Shown: in pieces, positions 60,610 to 64,000 of the stretch
Layout: every line of letters begins with the position of its first letter
Numbering within the stretch: the first letter of the stretch is position 1
Assembly (NCBI RefSeq): GCF_030684315.1
Contig: NC_081361.1
Span: 41,337,045 to 41,401,044, forward strand
DNA: 64,000 nt
DNA from: Stegostoma tigrinum
Taxonomy: Eukaryota
Direction: 5' to 3'
The notes under the pieces: model-generated
Databases searched by the model: none
Seen by the model: the letters and a program-made list of their open reading frames with translations, nothing else
Told to the model about the DNA's origin: nothing
Position numbers and translations under genes: made by a program

Positions 60610-61189
60610 CTTTTGTGCTCCTGAGATGCTGCTTGGCCTGCTGTGTTCATCCAGCCTCACATTTTATTATATTGACATTTGAGTCATTTTTTATGTAAAA
60701 CTATTTTGTTCAACATTTAATTCAAAATCTATAGGTCACCAGTGACTCAGTTGGTGTTCTACCCTGGTGCTGAGCTATACAGATCAGGTTTGATCCCTCC
60801 TGACTGTCTAATCTTGGTAAGGGTGATGCAATAAGAAGAAAGTGATAATATTTAGTACAGGTACCAAATTCTGGTGATAGAAAATGATGGGTTTGATTAT
60901 CGAGACACAGATATGATCAGTGGTAACAGAAATAAATGCCTCATTGCTTTAATTGAACTTACGATATTTATTTTAGCATTGCCATGCCACAATCTGGCAC
61001 ATCAAAACAGGGCTAACGTTGACTGATAAATTTTAACTCTATTACCTGCATATTTACCATGTCCAACATCTATGGGTATTAAACTATAATATATCCTTCA
61101 CCTATCAGAACTAATATCGGTAGTACTTGTCTATCTCAGAAGATGATGGACTGCATTCAAGGTATATGCAGAAGCCCATTCATGAGTGG

Positions 61190-61560
61190 CTGTTCTTCAT
61201 TCAGCTGACATAATCAATAGTATTGTCTCAGAACTGGCTGACATTTATTCTTTCCAGTGAGTTCTCTTTTCCACAATCTGGTCATTTTTTCAAACTTCTG
61301 CTTTCTCCAATCCCTTCTTGGCTGATTTTTGGCAAGCATTTCCAGTCAGCAGTGTGACTTCCCACACATCAAGTCCAAGGTCATACTTGGGGACATCCTT
61401 GTATCACAGACATAGGCTCTCTGTTGGTCCCAAGCTGATTGCAAGCCCTACGTAGAGTATGTGGGGATATGGCCATCGACTTTTTGCTCATATGACCCAG
61501 TTTTTGGTGTCAGTGCTAACTCAAGTGGGCAAATTTGTTGGGGGTACCTGCATACTTGTT
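61190..61560 (-). mobile_element. RTE-type LINE 3' remnant
   Basis: Minus-strand L*YKDVPKYD resembles the RTE C-terminal LRYKDVxKxD motif. Confidence 0.45.
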
Positions 61561-61762
61561 TGGCTCAATGCTGCAGGTACAAAGCAATATGAAGAAAATT
61601 ATGGAGAGATGTTTAATGAAATATTTTAATTTAACCCTCCTTTTGCTTTTTTTCCTTTCTTGAAATGTCTAACTTATGCTGGTGCACGCTTACATTGTAG
61701 ATTGACCAGATAGCTTCCTGCATGTACCTAGACTGTAATTGTTATCCACTGACCCCTGCTGG

Positions 61763-61765
<3 letters not shown>

Positions 61766-61804
<39 letters not shown>

Positions 61805-61846
61805 TGGGTGTGTGTGTGGGAGAGAGAGAGAGAGAGAGAGAGAGAG
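61766..61846. repeat. Compound microsatellite (GT)n(GA)n
   Basis: Directly visible. Confidence 0.97.
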
Positions 61847-63220
61847 TGTATGACAACAAATAACCCATTTCCAAGGAAACTCAAAGTGGATGCCCTTCCC
61901 AACCAACCGTATCCCCAAAAGAAACAACATGCCTGTTATTTAGTATATTTAGATATTGTTAATTTTCATAGGAACAGGTCAATGCCTTTAGCCCCTCAAG
62001 CCTGTTGTGCCAGATTTGTAGCCTAACTCCATATTCCTGTCTTTGCCTTTCCATAAATTTGGGATTTTGAAAAACTGAGCTAGCATCAAATGCCATTTGC
62101 GATGTAACAGAGTGACAAACTTTTATAGTCCTTTGTGAGCAGAAATGTTTCCAAATTTCACACTTGAAAAGCTCTTATTTTTTCTGGTCCGAGATCTATA
62201 ACCATCAGAAATAGTTTATTCTTTATTGATTCCCCTTTGAATCTTGAAAATGCTGATAACTCAAAATATCCTTCCTAAGATATGGTGCCCAATATTAAAC
62301 ACAATAGTCCAGGCATTTAACTAGGGCATTGTATGTTATAGCATTTCTTCTATCTTTTTCATCTATAGTCCTGCAGATAAATACCATGTCTCTTTTTGTT
62401 TAAAATGTCATGGACAGGTATAATGATTAATGCACATAGATAACTAAGTGTCCATGGACTATTGACACCTCTAGCTTTTCACCTTTTAGAAAGTACTCTT
62501 GACATATCCTTTTTTGGATCCAATTGGATGATCTCACACTTGATATCAATTTGTCAGTTTTTTTTCCTCATTCATTTAGTCTATTACTATCTCTTTTTAC
62601 TTTTAATTCAGGAACCAGCATTTTCACCAGTGTCTCATCCATGTGGCCATTCTTCACATCTAAATTAAAGTCAAATAAAGTTATTTAACCTAATATTCAC
62701 ACATATATACTTGCTAAAAGGAGTCATGAAAAAGTAATCAAAACAATTTTGCTTTACTTCAGAGTGCTGACCAATTCAGCATGAAGCACGAAATTATCAC
62801 ACCTATGTAGCAGTTTCACATCAAGTAGGTATTGTACTCATTTACGGAAGTCATGGAGAGATGTATTTTGATGACAATCTGGGAAAATGCCCTATAGTCG
62901 ATGTACTTCTCTGGGTAACCACTTTTTCCTAAAATTGGTGATCCTTGTAGTCTTCGTAAAATCGCAGACTCTTGTTTCAAGCCTTTTTCAGTTTTCCAGT
63001 TTCAGCAGTATTCTTTTTTTTACTTTTTAATACTGAGAAGTGAATAATAAGAATGGAAGTCATATTTATTTGAAGCAGAGCATTGTTGGCTCATTCAGAT
63101 AGATTTTACAGTCAGATATTGGCCAAATAAACTTTTCTTGTCTCTCTTCATTCTTTCATAAACAAAAAGCTCTCTGATACTCATAAGCCTTGGCAGTAAG
63201 ACCAAACAAGTCTTTTCACA

Positions 63221-63320
63221 CAAACAGAAACCATAAATTGCTGGAGAAACTCTGCAGCAATGGCAGCATCTACGGAAACAAAAGAGAGTTAATGTTTGGA
63301 ATCTTGTGACCTGTCTTAAG
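63221..63320 (-). mobile_element. Degenerate Penelope pLTR fragment (family 2)
   Basis: AAATTGCTGGAGAAACTC...GGCAGCATCT...AGAGTTAATGTTT, matching 54895-54960. Confidence 0.6.
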
Positions 63321-64000
63321 GTCATTTTATCTTAGGGGGTGGTGCAGTGCTTGGAACGGGGGAAAACAGGAAGACAAATTGATGTTGGACATGGGCAGAA
63401 TTTTCCACCTGAGATCACTGTGAAATACCTGTTTTTCCACAATCTGTGGGCCAGTGCAAAAGGACTCAGTTGCAGCCCTTCAATGGGAGGAATGCACATT
63501 GAGGCCTGTGAAGAGAGGAAATAATTGATTTTTTGGGAAAGGTGGGATGTGTATTACACTGAAAATAATCTACCTTATAGGTTACTTTCCAAATCTATCA
63601 TTTGTGCAATGCAGGAATGAACCCATGTCTCACTAGTCAACAGCATTAAGGAGCACAAGTAAGGTCTAACAGTATTAATTGTTCAATCCGATCTGGCGTT
63701 CTTTGCTACAATTCTTTATCCTACCAATGTCTGAACGTCAGTTGGTATGAATTATTTTGAAAGTATTTCAAGCCAGAAGCAGGGGTATCTGGTAGAAATC
63801 TTTTTGTCCTACTCTAGAGCTTCAGCATGATAAACCCTATTTTCCTGTGGTACAAAAGAGAGAGAGTGGTGCATTGTCAGAGAACCTGCATTTCAGACGA
63901 GGTATTTGACTGAGGCTCCACCTGCCTTCTCAGGTGGGTTATAGAAGCTTCCACAGCGAGATTTTAAAGAAGATTACGAGAATTATTTTAGATATTCTGA

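Larger units (their letters stand above)
58258..60668 (-). mobile_element. Penelope-like retroelement (Neptune-like), 5'-truncated, with a long inverted partial copy
   Basis: 15-bp TSD ATATTGACATTTGAG (58243-58257 and 60669-60683). Inverted arms 58291-59345 and 59616-60670. A 3' tail of about 35 nt is present only on the left arm. Encodes RT-thumb, Cys-linker and GIY-YIG sequence. Confidence 0.93.

Noticed and set aside
58291-60670. Assembly fold-back artefact
   Set aside because: Unique flanks, a 15-bp TSD, an asymmetric tail, arm mismatches and the same plan in older minis argue for a real insertion.

Overview
Vertebrate genomic DNA, very probably an elasmobranch (shark); this is inferred from HE1-like V-SINEs, DeuSINE-like repeats and abundant CR1 LINEs. 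Three intron-containing genes lie in the order known from other vertebrates. MRPL37 (minus) contributes coding exons 1-2 and continues off the left edge. It is head-to-head with CYB5RL (plus, 6 coding exons, 310 aa). CDCP2 follows (plus, 6 coding exons, 539 aa: signal peptide, 3 CUB domains, a lone ZP-N-like domain and a C-terminal hydrophobic anchor). All coding exon boundaries were read by hand, follow GT-AG and join in frame. The rest is mostly retroelement debris: CR1/L2/RTE LINEs (including CR1 nested in CR1), tRNA-derived SINEs, a solo LTR and decayed Harbinger-type Myb/SANT remnants. The most striking structure is a young Neptune-like Penelope element at 58258-60668. It forms a 1055-bp near-perfect inverted repeat with a 15-bp TSD, an open GIY-YIG endonuclease frame and a minimal hammerhead ribozyme in each arm. 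About a dozen 90-220-bp relatives from three sequence families are scattered through the window. Most begin at or inside the hammerhead motif, many are fold-backs, and several have their own TSDs. Repeat family names come from recalled motifs, not from a database search.
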